64,000 nucleotides of DNA from Octopus bimaculoides (Eukaryota): NCBI RefSeq assembly GCF_001194135.2, contig NC_068985.1, forward strand, positions 122,315,052 through 122,379,051. The letters run 5' to 3'. The notes beneath the pieces are model-generated. The model ran no database searches and was not told the origin of the DNA. It saw nothing but the letters and a program-made list of their open reading frames with translations. Shown one piece after another: positions 53,028 through 64,000 of the stretch; within the stretch, counting starts at the first letter, position 1, and every line of letters starts with the position of its first letter. Both the position numbers and the translations under genes were made by a program.

Positions 53028-53045
53028 CTGTGTCATTTGCATTAC

Positions 53046-53154
53046 CTGATGCTTCAGTAAAATAGACATTGATTCTCTCCAGCTGCAAATCATTATCACC
53101 ATGGTAAGAGCCGGTGGGGTCGATGCCATGTTCATCGGAGATCACTTCCCAAAA
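53046..53154 (-). CDS. TUBB: Beta-tubulin exon 2 (codons 20-56, [15 protein letters not shown]...VYFTEAS G)
   Basis: 109-nt exon with acceptor ttacag|TTT TGG and donor TCA G|gtaat. The translation matches beta-tubulin residues 20-55, with a phase-1 split of Gly56. Confidence 0.97.
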
Positions 53155-53498
53155 CTGTAAAAGAGAAAAATAATTAAATGAATTAAATGGATCAGTATAA
53201 ATGATGATGATAATGGTTTCAAATTTTGGTACAAGGTCAGCAATTTCAGGGGAGAGAGCAAGTTGATTACTTTGACTCCAGAGGTCAACTGGTACTTATT
53301 TTATTGGCCCTGAAAGGATGAAAGCTAAAGTCAACCTTGGTGGAATTTGAACTCAGGATGTATAAACAGACAAAATGCTGCTGCAGTTTGTCCAGTGTGC
53401 TAATGACATATTGCAAACATTTACCGCAAAGCTAAACAGCAACAGCCAAAATAAATTGAACTGATATAGAGTACACAAGAAATAATAATAAATGAGTA

Positions 53499-53925
53499 TT
53501 GGGCCTGACGGAGGTAAAGTGGTTGAATTCCTTTCAACTATTGGGCCTTATGGAGGCAAGGTGGCTGAGTTGTTTTTGAGCGTTGGCCCCATGGAGGCAA
53601 AGTGACTGAGCTCCTATTGAGTGTTGGGCCTCACGGAGGCAATGACCAAGACCTTTGGCATTATGCCATGCTTGAGAAGAGGACACATCAAGTTGTCATG
53701 TCAGATACTGGTATCATGAAAATAGCACCAGTGCCGGTGGCATGTAAAAGCACCCATTACACTCTCGGAGTGGCTGGCATTAGGAAGGGTATCCAGCCAT
53801 AGAAAACCATGCCAAATCAGACTGGAGACTGGCACAGCCTTCCAACATGCCAACGCAGTCAAACCGTCCAACCCATGCCAGCAAGGATAATGGACGTTAA
53901 ATGATGATGATGATGATGATGATGA
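53499..53925 (+). repeat. RTE 3'-end fragment beginning with four tandem units of about 42 bp
   Basis: Units ttgggcctcacggaggcaaagtgactgagctcc... start at 53499, 53541, 53583 and 53624, followed by the standard tail and (GAT)n. Confidence 0.8.
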
Positions 53926-54030
53926 CTCTCTTTGGTACAAAGTTGAAAAACATAATTCAGTCAGTTGAACCCTGAATACATGAATGGAAGCCCTTAGTAC
54001 ATGAATGAGAGTCTTTAATACATATGTTTA

Positions 54031-55000
54031 NNNNNNNNNNNNNNNNNNNNNNNNNNNNNNNNNNNNNNNNNNNNNNNNNNNNNNNNNNNNNNNNNNNNNN
54101 NNNNNNNNNNNNNNNNNNNNNNNNNNNNNNNNNNNNNNNNNNNNNNNNNNNNNNNNNNNNNNNNNNNNNNNNNNNNNNNNNNNNNNNNNNNNNNNNNNNN
54201 NNNNNNNNNNNNNNNNNNNNNNNNNNNNNNNNNNNNNNNNNNNNNNNNNNNNNNNNNNNNNNNNNNNNNNNNNNNNNNNNNNNNNNNNNNNNNNNNNNNN
54301 NNNNNNNNNNNNNNNNNNNNNNNNNNNNNNNNNNNNNNNNNNNNNNNNNNNNNNNNNNNNNNNNNNNNNNNNNNNNNNNNNNNNNNNNNNNNNNNNNNNN
54401 NNNNNNNNNNNNNNNNNNNNNNNNNNNNNNNNNNNNNNNNNNNNNNNNNNNNNNNNNNNNNNNNNNNNNNNNNNNNNNNNNNNNNNNNNNNNNNNNNNNN
54501 NNNNNNNNNNNNNNNNNNNNNNNNNNNNNNNNNNNNNNNNNNNNNNNNNNNNNNNNNNNNNNNNNNNNNNNNNNNNNNNNNNNNNNNNNNNNNNNNNNNN
54601 NNNNNNNNNNNNNNNNNNNNNNNNNNNNNNNNNNNNNNNNNNNNNNNNNNNNNNNNNNNNNNNNNNNNNNNNNNNNNNNNNNNNNNNNNNNNNNNNNNNN
54701 NNNNNNNNNNNNNNNNNNNNNNNNNNNNNNNNNNNNNNNNNNNNNNNNNNNNNNNNNNNNNNNNNNNNNNNNNNNNNNNNNNNNNNNNNNNNNNNNNNNN
54801 NNNNNNNNNNNNNNNNNNNNNNNNNNNNNNNNNNNNNNNNNNNNNNNNNNNNNNNNNNNNNNNNNNNNNNNNNNNNNNNNNNNNNNNNNNNNNNNNNNNN
54901 NNNNNNNNNNNNNNNNNNNNNNNNNNNNNNNNNNNNNNNNNNNNNNNNNNNNNNNNNNNNNNNNNNNNNNNNNNNNNNNNNNNNNNNNNNNNNNNNNNNN
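54031..55000. other. Assembly gap upstream of tubulin exon 2
   Basis: 970 N; could hide exon 1. Confidence 0.99.
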
Positions 55001-55744
55001 ATCTATCTATCTATCTATCTATATATATATATATATATATATATGTTGTATTTTATGCATTTATACATACAGTCACAAACACACACGTGCATACACAGAC
55101 ATACATATAGTTAAAGCACATAACCATTAAACATTCATTAACTCAGTTATTGAAAGTAGGCAAATGCAGTTTAGTAACAAAAATTATGAGTATTCACATG
55201 ATCAATACCAAAAGGGATAACATTATAGTTGTATATAGATATATGATGATATCTATTAAATATTCATTGAATATTAGTCATTGTGATTGTTACAAGACAT
55301 CAACTCTTGACTAACATCTTGTTTTAGCAATTCCCAAATGGTGCTCCACAACACAGTGCTGTCCCATGAGATGTAAGTAAGTGCACTGCAAAAATAATAA
55401 AATCATATTCTAAAACAAAAAAAATAGTCCATAAAAAATGCACTTGATGTCTTTTACACATCAAGTTGATGTTTTCCTTTTGATAACTACGTTCATGTTT
55501 TCTCTTTAATAACTGAGTTTCATTTTCTGACCAAATAAATAATAAATTTCTGTAGTTTCAATCATTTACATTTATTGGATGAGATATATAAATACCAGCT
55601 TTAAATACAATTTTTCTTTACTGCATATATTAAATGTGTGCAAATATTTTATTTTGCTCCAATTGCTTGGGAACAAACAAATCTTTCCATTTTCTAATAT
55701 ACATCTGTTGTGATTTTTACAGAATTTAATATTTTGATTGTAAG

Positions 55745-55975
55745 AAGGTGACAAGCCAGCAGAATCATTAGCATATTGGGCAAAATGCTTAGCTGCATTT
55801 TGTCCATTTTATGTTCAGAGTTCAAATTCTGCCAAGGTCGTCGATTTGCCTTTTATCCTTGTATTCTTTAAGAGTTGATAAAACAAGTACCAGTTGAACA
55901 CTGGGGTTGATGTATTTGACTTACCCCCTCCCCCGAGCTTCCTGATCTTGTGCCAAAATTTGAAACCAATATTTT
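55745..55975 (+). mobile_element. tRNA-derived SINE, second family
   Basis: gcagaatcattagca...gttcagagttcaaattctgcc...gaaaccaatatt. Confidence 0.75.
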
Positions 55976-56232
55976 GATTGCAAGATCTCATCACAAGGTC
56001 CATGTTTTTAGGGAAGGAGAAAGAATATGTGTTAGGTAAGTGTTGTTAAATTCAGAGTAGTAAGCTTACAATATGAGGATATGGCTTTTGACGGACAAAA
56101 ATATGTATGTATATAGTGCCAGATCAGCACTTAGCTCAAACGTAAACAACAGATTGATGTTGGATGCTTATATGCATACTTACATACATACATACATACA
56201 TACATGTATATGCATATATACATATATACATA

Positions 56233-56877
56233 NNNNNNNNNNNNNNNNNNNNNNNNNNNNNNNNNNNNNNNNNNNNNNNNNNNNNNNNNNNNNNNNNNNN
56301 NNNNNNNNNNNNNNNNNNNNNNNNNNNNNNNNNNNNNNNNNNNNNNNNNNNNNNNNNNNNNNNNNNNNNNNNNNNNNNNNNNNNNNNNNNNNNNNNNNNN
56401 NNNNNNNNNNNNNNNNNNNNNNNNNNNNNNNNNNNNNNNNNNNNNNNNNNNNNNNNNNNNNNNNNNNNNNNNNNNNNNNNNNNNNNNNNNNNNNNNNNNN
56501 NNNNNNNNNNNNNNNNNNNNNNNNNNNNNNNNNNNNNNNNNNNNNNNNNNNNNNNNNNNNNNNNNNNNNNNNNNNNNNNNNNNNNNNNNNNNNNNNNNNN
56601 NNNNNNNNNNNNNNNNNNNNNNNNNNNNNNNNNNNNNNNNNNNNNNNNNNNNNNNNNNNNNNNNNNNNNNNNNNNNNNNNNNNNNNNNNNNNNNNNNNNN
56701 NNNNNNNNNNNNNNNNNNNNNNNNNNNNNNNNNNNNNNNNNNNNNNNNNNNNNNNNNNNNNNNNNNNNNNNNNNNNNNNNNNNNNNNNNNNNNNNNNNNN
56801 NNNNNNNNNNNNNNNNNNNNNNNNNNNNNNNNNNNNNNNNNNNNNNNNNNNNNNNNNNNNNNNNNNNNNNNNNNNNN
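56233..56877. other. Assembly gap upstream of tubulin exon 2
   Basis: 645 N; could hide exon 1. Confidence 0.99.
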
Positions 56878-56879
56878 GG

Positions 56880-57648
56880 AATGTTATGGGATGGTGGGGT
56901 TGGGATGTGTATGGGTGGGGTGTGGATGGAGGGGTAATGATGAAGGGAGAAGGTGGGTAGGAGTGAAGAGAGTTGAGAGGAGGGGAGTCAGATGAAGAGG
57001 GGAGGGGAGTTGAGCCCATGTAGCACAAAGGAGCGAAGAGAGAAGATTAATTCCTCTTCACAGTGAAGGCAGGAGTCCGGATGGCCCATGTGCAAAGACA
57101 ATCCAAACACAGACAGATGTTGAAATGAATGATCGGTAGAGTGGAAATGGTGCGAGATCGGGGTGTTGTTGCTGAGCCTAATGTCTTGGAAGTATTCCGT
57201 GAACCAGTCAGCCAAGTGGTATCCCGTCTGACCAATGTTCAGAGAAGGACAGAAAGAGCAGGAGATGCAGTAAATGACGTTGCTAGAAGTGCATGTAAAA
57301 GAGTCAGTGATATGATAGGGACAATGATGGGGGCCTGTGAGGATGGTGGTGTTGGAGAGGTAGGGACAAGTACGACAGTGTGGGTGGGAGCAGGGGAATG
57401 AGCCAGGTTGGGAGGTGAGGTTAGGAAAGAAACTGTGGACCAGGAGATCACGTAGGTTGTGGGCTCATTTGAAGGAGGGGAGGGGTGGGTTGAGTAAGAT
57501 GTGCAAAGTGGAGGAGTCGGACTGGAGTCGTCAGAAGGCTCAGAGAATGGTGCGTTGGAGAGCAGACGCATGGTCCATGGAATGTGCTCTGGCAAGGACA
57601 ATGTGGATAGTCGTGAGGGGATATCCATGAAGGATGAAGTGGCGAGTC
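56880..57648 (-). mobile_element. Penelope-like element: RT C-terminus plus GIY-YIG endonuclease
   Basis: HGYPLTTIHIVLARA, then NVIYCISCSFCPSLNIGQTG.HLADWFTEY...HHFHSTDHS...EEELIFSLRSFVLHGLN, followed by a pyrimidine-rich 3' region running into a gap. Confidence 0.88.
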
Positions 57649-57674
57649 ATACATACATACACACACACACACAT

Positions 57675-57727
<53 letters not shown>

Positions 57728-57909
57728 TATAGATATACAGGGTATGGTTAATAAATTGTCATCTATGTATGTATGTAAGTATTTAGGTATGTAAGTGTGT
57801 AGAGGTGTCTGTGCGTGTGTATATGTGTATGTACATGTGAACGTATGTTTATGTACTGGTATGTGTCCAAGTTGTATATATGACTGTTACTCTGCTGAAG
57901 GTTGTATAC

Positions 57910-57941
<32 letters not shown>

Positions 57942-58107
57942 CTCTCTCTCTCTCACNNNNNNNNNNGTGTGTGTGTGTGTGTCTCTCTCTCACCAACGTC
58001 TAACGGTGAATGGATACGTCTTAGATACATACATGCAGATATAAACTTACCTATACATACGTACAAGCAAACAGAATCACATAAGCACGTATGCACACAC
58101 ATAAACA

Positions 58108-58470
58108 TTCTTTTATTCTTTTATTTGTTTCAGTTATATGGCTGCGGCCATGCTGGAGCACTGCCTTTTAGTCGTACAAATCGACCCCAAGACTTATTGC
58201 TTGTAAGCCTAGTACATATCCTATTAGTCTCTGTTGCCGAATCGCTAAATTACGGGGACGTAAAGACACCAACATCGGTTGTCAAGCGATGGTGGAGGAC
58301 AAATACAGACACACACACACATATATACGAGCTTTTCAGCTTCCGTCTACCAAATCTACTCACAAGGCTTTGGTTGGCCCAAGGCTATAGCACATGACAC
58401 AAGGTGTCATGCAGTGGGACTGAACCTGGAACCATGTGGTTGGTAAGCAAGCTACTTACCACACAGTCAC

Positions 58471-58476
<6 letters not shown>
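58108..58476 (-). mobile_element. tRNA-derived CORE-type SINE
   Basis: Full head-to-tail copy homologous to 10022-10352 and 41030-41370. Confidence 0.85.
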
Positions 58477-58529
<53 letters not shown>

Positions 58530-58669
58530 ATACAGAGAAAAACCAACCATGAACAAATTCAACAATGAAAAATGTCATTCAAATACATCTAGGAAAACCA
58601 ATATATCTCAAAAGCCCTATTCCAAAAATCAATAAATTACACAATCAATAAATAACAAATAACAGTAAA

Positions 58670-58743
58670 AGACTACGCATGTTTCATGGCTATAGTCAAA
58701 ATAAATTTGATTCGATCTAAAAATATAGCCTCTCTTCAGGTCT
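58670..58743 (-). ncRNA. Type I hammerhead ribozyme motif (Penelope/retrozyme-like minimal type)
   Basis: Minus strand reads agac-CTGAAGA-gaGGCTATA...TATAGCCat-GAAAC-atgc-GTA-gtct. It has the full core, a 4-bp stem I, a 7-bp perfect stem II helix, a 2-bp stem III with 4-nt loop, and a GUA cleavage triplet. Confidence 0.8.
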
Positions 58744-61110
58744 AAAATAAATCATAAGAATGATAAAAATAAGAATAATAAAATCAATGTACGTATCTTA
58801 TCTTATAATAAAATATCAAATAAATATAGAATAATATTTGTTTTAACAATACATAATCAAAAAATTTAACAACATTACTTAAAATAAAAACATGACTTAT
58901 CTTATCGGGGAATTTCTGTTAAGCTAAAATTTCAAACGTAATACGAAGAACTTAGCGTTTATGAGAAAAATATTGTGTGAAAATATGGCGTAAATCTAAA
59001 AATGATAGAATAAATAGATAGAATATGTATTTAAACTGTTAAAATGATAAAATGTATTTTAGCTGTGAGAATAAGAAAAAATTAGCTGTAGTATATCATT
59101 TACTGGAAAACTATAAAGTCTAAATAATCTAAAACTTAAATATGTATATACGTAAGTTAAGCCAAATTTCCATAATTAATCTATTTATTAATTTATTTAT
59201 TAATTAAAAAAAAACTTATTTTAATCTTATTCTAAATATGTAATATACCCAATATAATCTCGTGCTAATATACACATTTAACTACTAATTATATCTACAA
59301 CAATTAGTATCATAAAATAGGGTTTATATATATACACGAATTAGGTAAACTTATTATATAAGTAATTTAACTTTTGTCTACATTTAATTTTACGTTCATC
59401 TAGGGAATTAATCAATTTTTTATTATGAGTTAATGATATCTTCTTATATAGGAGAATAAAATGGATATAATAACAATGGGAAACTCGTGGTTCTCACTGA
59501 TATGCCTTTAATTTAATTAGATAACAAAGAAGGAAGAAGCAGAGATGAAAATAACAGCTAATATTACAATGGATTACACGTTTGGCTACAGTAAGAAGAT
59601 TCTGGGTACAAATCCTGGCAAGCTCATATTCTTTACATGCATATATATATATATATAAATAAATATATATGTGCATATATACTCTACACGTACACAAGCT
59701 ACCAACAGCTAACTGCAGCACTTCTCTTCGATCCTGTTTGTGTGATTTCTTCACCACGATAAATAACAGCCAAGAATTTAGCCTGCGAAGAACATCTGTA
59801 TTCAAGAACCCGGCTTGGCATAGAAGCCCTAACATCACAACTAGTGATCGCTCTGCCCCACACGCCTTAACTTCTTTTATACAGACACTTACCACTGTGT
59901 ATTCTAAGAACTGGTATCTTAAATCCTTATACGTGTTACTGACTCTAATCTATACTCTGTAACTCTTACATACACATACATGTATTACTCGCACACACAC
60001 TCTTTTGTTTACATGACGGCCTGTCTTTAATGTGTTTTATTATGTCGCATTCACTCACACACAGACACACAATTTAATGCTACAATAAATGATACTGTTA
60101 TTCATCTCATACGGTTGTGTTCCTATCGTCTTCCTTACTGGCATTTCTAAGTTATCTATGTTATCGAAGTATAACATATTTATTATTTTATATTTTTGTG
60201 TTCGACCGTGTGACGCGTTTATAAAAGGAGCCTGTTTTTCCATTCGTCACCATTTCTCCTTTTGGGTTTGCACGGTCGTTCTTACAACAGTATAGACAGA
60301 CAACTAGATAGAGAATGAAAGTTGTTGTTAAGATCCAGATCAGTTCTGATTGAGTAGACCGATGATTGAAGACATTCCTGCCTTTTTGTACACTACTGAC
60401 CACATTATCCACGGTGTCCTTCCTGTTTTGAGACGATAGTGTGTGGCTTGAGAGAATTTGGCTGCTATTTCAAGCATGAAAGCTCCTTTGAATGCGCGCG
60501 CGCGTTTGTGTGCAGACGATCGTTACTCCCATGAACACCTATGACTACTACTCAATGAGTGATCTTCTGCACAGCTCCTAGATGTGCTAATGAAGGATAT
60601 ATTGGGAATGTAGCCCTAGATATGCTACGTTTGAAAAAAGATGGGATGGTCACAACTGGAGCGTCTGTGATCAGACATGGCTACACTTAGTAATACTCTA
60701 GTCACTATCACAATTGCTGCTACTTCTGTTAACTGATGCAGCAGAGGTGAAGAGCAGAAATACGAGGGAGAGAGGGTGAGAAAAGATAGAGACGGAGAAA
60801 GACAGCGACAGGGGCGAGAAAGAAGACGAGAAACAGAGAGGCGAAAAAGTGGAAGAGAGACAAGAAGGGAGGAAAAGAAAGCAATACAAGTGAAAGAGAT
60901 AGGAAATAATAGAGAGTAAGGAAGAGAGAAAAAACAGATACATTAAGGAAGAGAAAGATAGAAAAAGGGAAAGAAAAAGGGAGGGAGGAAAAAAAGCAAT
61001 AGAGACGAAACGGTAAGGCGAATAGAGAGAAGGGAGGAAGAGAATATGACAGAGAAAAAGGAGAGAAGAGAAAGAGACGAGGACAGTGAGAAGGGAAGGA
61101 AGATATAGAA

Positions 61111-61153
<43 letters not shown>

Positions 61154-61768
61154 NNNNNNNNNNNNNNNNNNNNNNNNNNNNNNNNNNNNNNNNNNNNNNN
61201 NNNNNNNNNNNNNNNNNNNNNNNNNNNNNNNNNNNNNNNNNNNNNNNNNNNNNNNNNNNNNNNNNNNNNNNNNNNNNNNNNNNNNNNNNNNNNNNNNNNN
61301 NNNNNNNNNNNNNNNNNNNNNNNNNNNNNNNNNNNNNNNNNNNNNNNNNNNNNNNNNNNNNNNNNNNNNNNNNNNNNNNNNNNNNNNNNNNNNNNNNNNN
61401 NNNNNNNNNNNNNNNNNNNNNNNNNNNNNNNNNNNNNNNNNNNNNNNNNNNNNNNNNNNNNNNNNNNNNNNNNNNNNNNNNNNNNNNNNNNNNNNNNNNN
61501 NNNNNNNNNNNNNNNNNNNNNNNNNNNNNNNNNNNNNNNNNNNNNNNNNNNNNNNNNNNNNNNNNNNNNNNNNNNNNNNNNNNNNNNNNNNNNNNNNNNN
61601 NNNNNNNNNNNNNNNNNNNNNNNNNNNNNNNNNNNNNNNNNNNNNNNNNNNNNNNNNNNNNNNNNNNNNNNNNNNNNNNNNNNNNNNNNNNNNNNNNNNN
61701 NNNNNNNNNNNNNNNNNNNNNNNNNNNNNNNNNNNNNNNNNNNNNNNNNNNNNNNNNNNNNNNNNNNN
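61154..61768. other. Assembly gap upstream of tubulin exon 2
   Basis: 615 N; could hide exon 1. Confidence 0.99.
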
Positions 61769-62111
61769 TTAATCGGAGTGAAAGAACCAAAAAGTACCGA
61801 GAATATATATAACTTTATTGTTTAATATGTCCTTCATTCTTAAGACAATATAAGGCGAATTTAGCTATTATTTCTAACATGTCAACCACCTTAAGGATCC
61901 TTCGTTGATGATGGAAGGTGTTTATGTACTATCAAAAGGGTACTTTTTTTTTTTATCTCACCCCCATTAAAAAAATTACCATTAAAAAATTAGGTTACCT
62001 TCCCACTAAAAAATTGAGTTTGTAGCGACAAGAGATTGATTAAAAGTGTTAGATGCTTTTGATTCAATACTTCAACACATTGTTGACGTTTGGCCTCCTC
62101 AATAGACATGG

Positions 62112-63105
62112 TGTAGGGAAGGATTCCCGTTGACAGATACTTCGCTGTGGGCTGGCTAGGAAGTTGGTCAGCAGAAAAGAAAAGGACTTCCGGAAGGAGA
62201 ACGAAGACAGAAGAATGTCGGCAGTGAGCGTGGAACGAATCTGAGTGAATTATACAAAAATAACTGACGACTTAAGCCCTATTGCATCTAAAGAAATAAA
62301 CCTTTGGTAAATATATTCTCGTCTCTACTATAACTGGTGACCCCGACGATAGAACAACAGCTCCCTCTACCAAAATAAACATGGCTAGCAACAAAACACC
62401 ACTGAGGCTATCACAGTTCTGGTCTAAGAGGGCTGAGCTGTGGTTCGCGCAGGCAGAAGCTCAATTCGATATAAATAAGATAACGGCCAACCAAACAAAG
62501 TACTCGCACGTTGTGGCGTCACTAGAGGAAGACACGACAACGAGGGTCCTGGACATTTTAACCCATCTCCCACCAACAGAAAAATACGCCATATTGAAAA
62601 GATAGGCTAGGGAAAGAGAAGCGGCAGCCAGGATACTGGAGGAGGAATTAGGCGATTGCAAGCCTTCATAACTGATGGACAAGATGTTGGCATTAGTCCT
62701 CCCCACCCCGGTGAGTCACCTTCTTTTTGTCTAAAGAAATATTCATCCGCAAGTTGCCACCCCAGGTCCAGGCCTTCATAACTCAGACCGAAATCAAGGA
62801 CCTGCAGCAATTAGCAAAAGCAGCCGACAGGCATTTTTTTAATCCAGTGGCGTCCTGGTCAGCGCCATAGGGTCGGCTCCGAGACGGGGTAGGGTTAAGC
62901 ATGATGACCTGTGCTTCTACCATGCAAAGTCTGGAAAAAAGGCGACAAAATGTAAACAATATGTAGCTTCAAGACCCCTTCACCAGTGACCCAGGGAAAC
63001 TCCAGAGCCGACCGCCATTGAACACTCTGGTGGCCAGCAGACATGACCAAATGCGCCTTTATGTCCGCGATCGCAGCTCCGGACGCAGGTTCCTCATCGA
63101 CACAG
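62112..63105 (+). mobile_element. Gypsy 5' remnant: LTR (62112-62332), tRNA-Trp PBS (62335-48), gag and start of protease
   Basis: TGTAGGG start, AATAAA, PBS TGGTGACCCCGACG, gag QFWSKRAELWFAQAEAQF...TKYSHVVASL; ends at RRFLIDT. Confidence 0.9.
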
Positions 63106-64000
63106 CTATATTTTTTAATACATTCCAAGTTTCATACTTTCATATTCGGAAAAATATTTTTGACCAAAAATTTCAATTTATTTATTTATTTATTTATTTC
63201 TACATTTTTACCACTCAATTCCGTAACCTTTTCCTTTCCTCTAAGGTGTGGGACTTCTAATTTGTAATGCCAACAATTCTGTCTATTTCGCAAATTTTGA
63301 ACTCAGTTCACAGACCCCTAGTTTTTCTTTGCATAACCCGCAAGGGTCCACTGATCCCAGGTTGAGAACTCTTATCCTTGTCTGCACTGATCTATAATAA
63401 AAAAATAGTCCAACCATGACTCTCGTGTCTTCTTTGCCGCTTTTCCCCCAGGCATAATATCAAGTGACTGTTTTATAAAAATACAGCAGTATGTGGTTTG
63501 AAGGAGATTTGACTACTATTTATAGCAGAGTAACCGCCTCAATAAGCGAGTGGAATCGGATAAGAACGATGGTTATATCTTTCTCTAAGTAGTAGTGCGA
63601 TGGAATTGGAATTGCTTCAAACCGAATATGTCTGGAACATCAATCAATGTAGAGTCGGCAAGTCGAAAAGCTGAGATTTTGGCAAGCCACAGTAAACTAT
63701 CTAACAGCTATTTCAGCAAGAGTTCAATGTTGATTTTTTATGTAATATAACGAACAGCAAACTTTGGGTTCTTTTATAAATGCGCGTGCGTTCATACATA
63801 CATACATACATACATAGATACATCCATCCATCCATCCATCCATCCATACATACATACATACATACACATTCACGGCTGTGTGTGCGTATACCTGTGTGTT
63901 TGGCAAGCGTTTTTGTAATTATTATTCACTTCGTTTTTATTCAGTTGATTCTTTAGCATGGGATTCTCCCCCTCCCTCTCTCTCTCTCTCTCTCTCTCTA

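Noticed and set aside
52878-53045. ORF-track extension of tubulin exon 2 into CVCVCV/ERER
   Set aside because: Read-through into the intron microsatellite past a canonical GT donor at 53045.
53499-53660. CRISPR-like array
   Set aside because: The units are contiguous tandem copies without unique spacers, in eukaryotic LINE-derived DNA.
55652-55664. IGAK-encoding look-alike for tubulin exon 1
   Set aside because: The upstream codons (MERFVCSQA) do not match MREI...GNQ, and a stop rather than a GT donor follows.
54005-57028. Long ORFs of 257-369 aa
   Set aside because: Artefacts of N-gaps and flanking microsatellites; the same applies to ORFs spanning the other gaps.
60205-60260. TGACGC plus TATAAAA promoter-like motif on the plus strand
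   Set aside because: It is on the wrong strand for tubulin and has no downstream ORF or exon; expected by chance in AT-rich DNA.
60188-60412. 74-aa ORF with a hydrophobic stretch (possible microprotein)
   Set aside because: It starts at GTG, has no recognisable homology, and no splice context supports it.

Overview
AT-rich, microsatellite- and transposon-dense animal genomic DNA with 13 N-gaps. The tRNA/CORE-type SINE repertoire and repeat landscape suggest a coleoid cephalopod such as Octopus (inference, not verified). The only host gene I can support is a minus-strand beta-tubulin. Three exons with canonical GT-AG boundaries (53154-53046, 46249-45894, 44639-43824) encode residues 20-445. 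Exon 1 (codons 1-19) is not in the called bases and lies in a gap or beyond 64000. The rest is layered, mostly decayed mobile DNA: Tx1/L1, RTE, R4/Dong and Penelope-like retroelements, Gypsy internal remnants, four solo LTRs (three with exact 4-bp TSDs), a DD41D (rosa/Visitor) transposon, a mariner derivative, MITEs/foldbacks, a Helitron helicase relic and many SINEs. The top unexpected signal is a type I hammerhead ribozyme with a complete catalytic core at 58670-58743, on the same strand as, and upstream of, tubulin exon 2. Two decayed hammerhead-like relics and several long inverted repeats are also present. No CRISPR array, rRNA gene or bona fide tRNA gene was seen.
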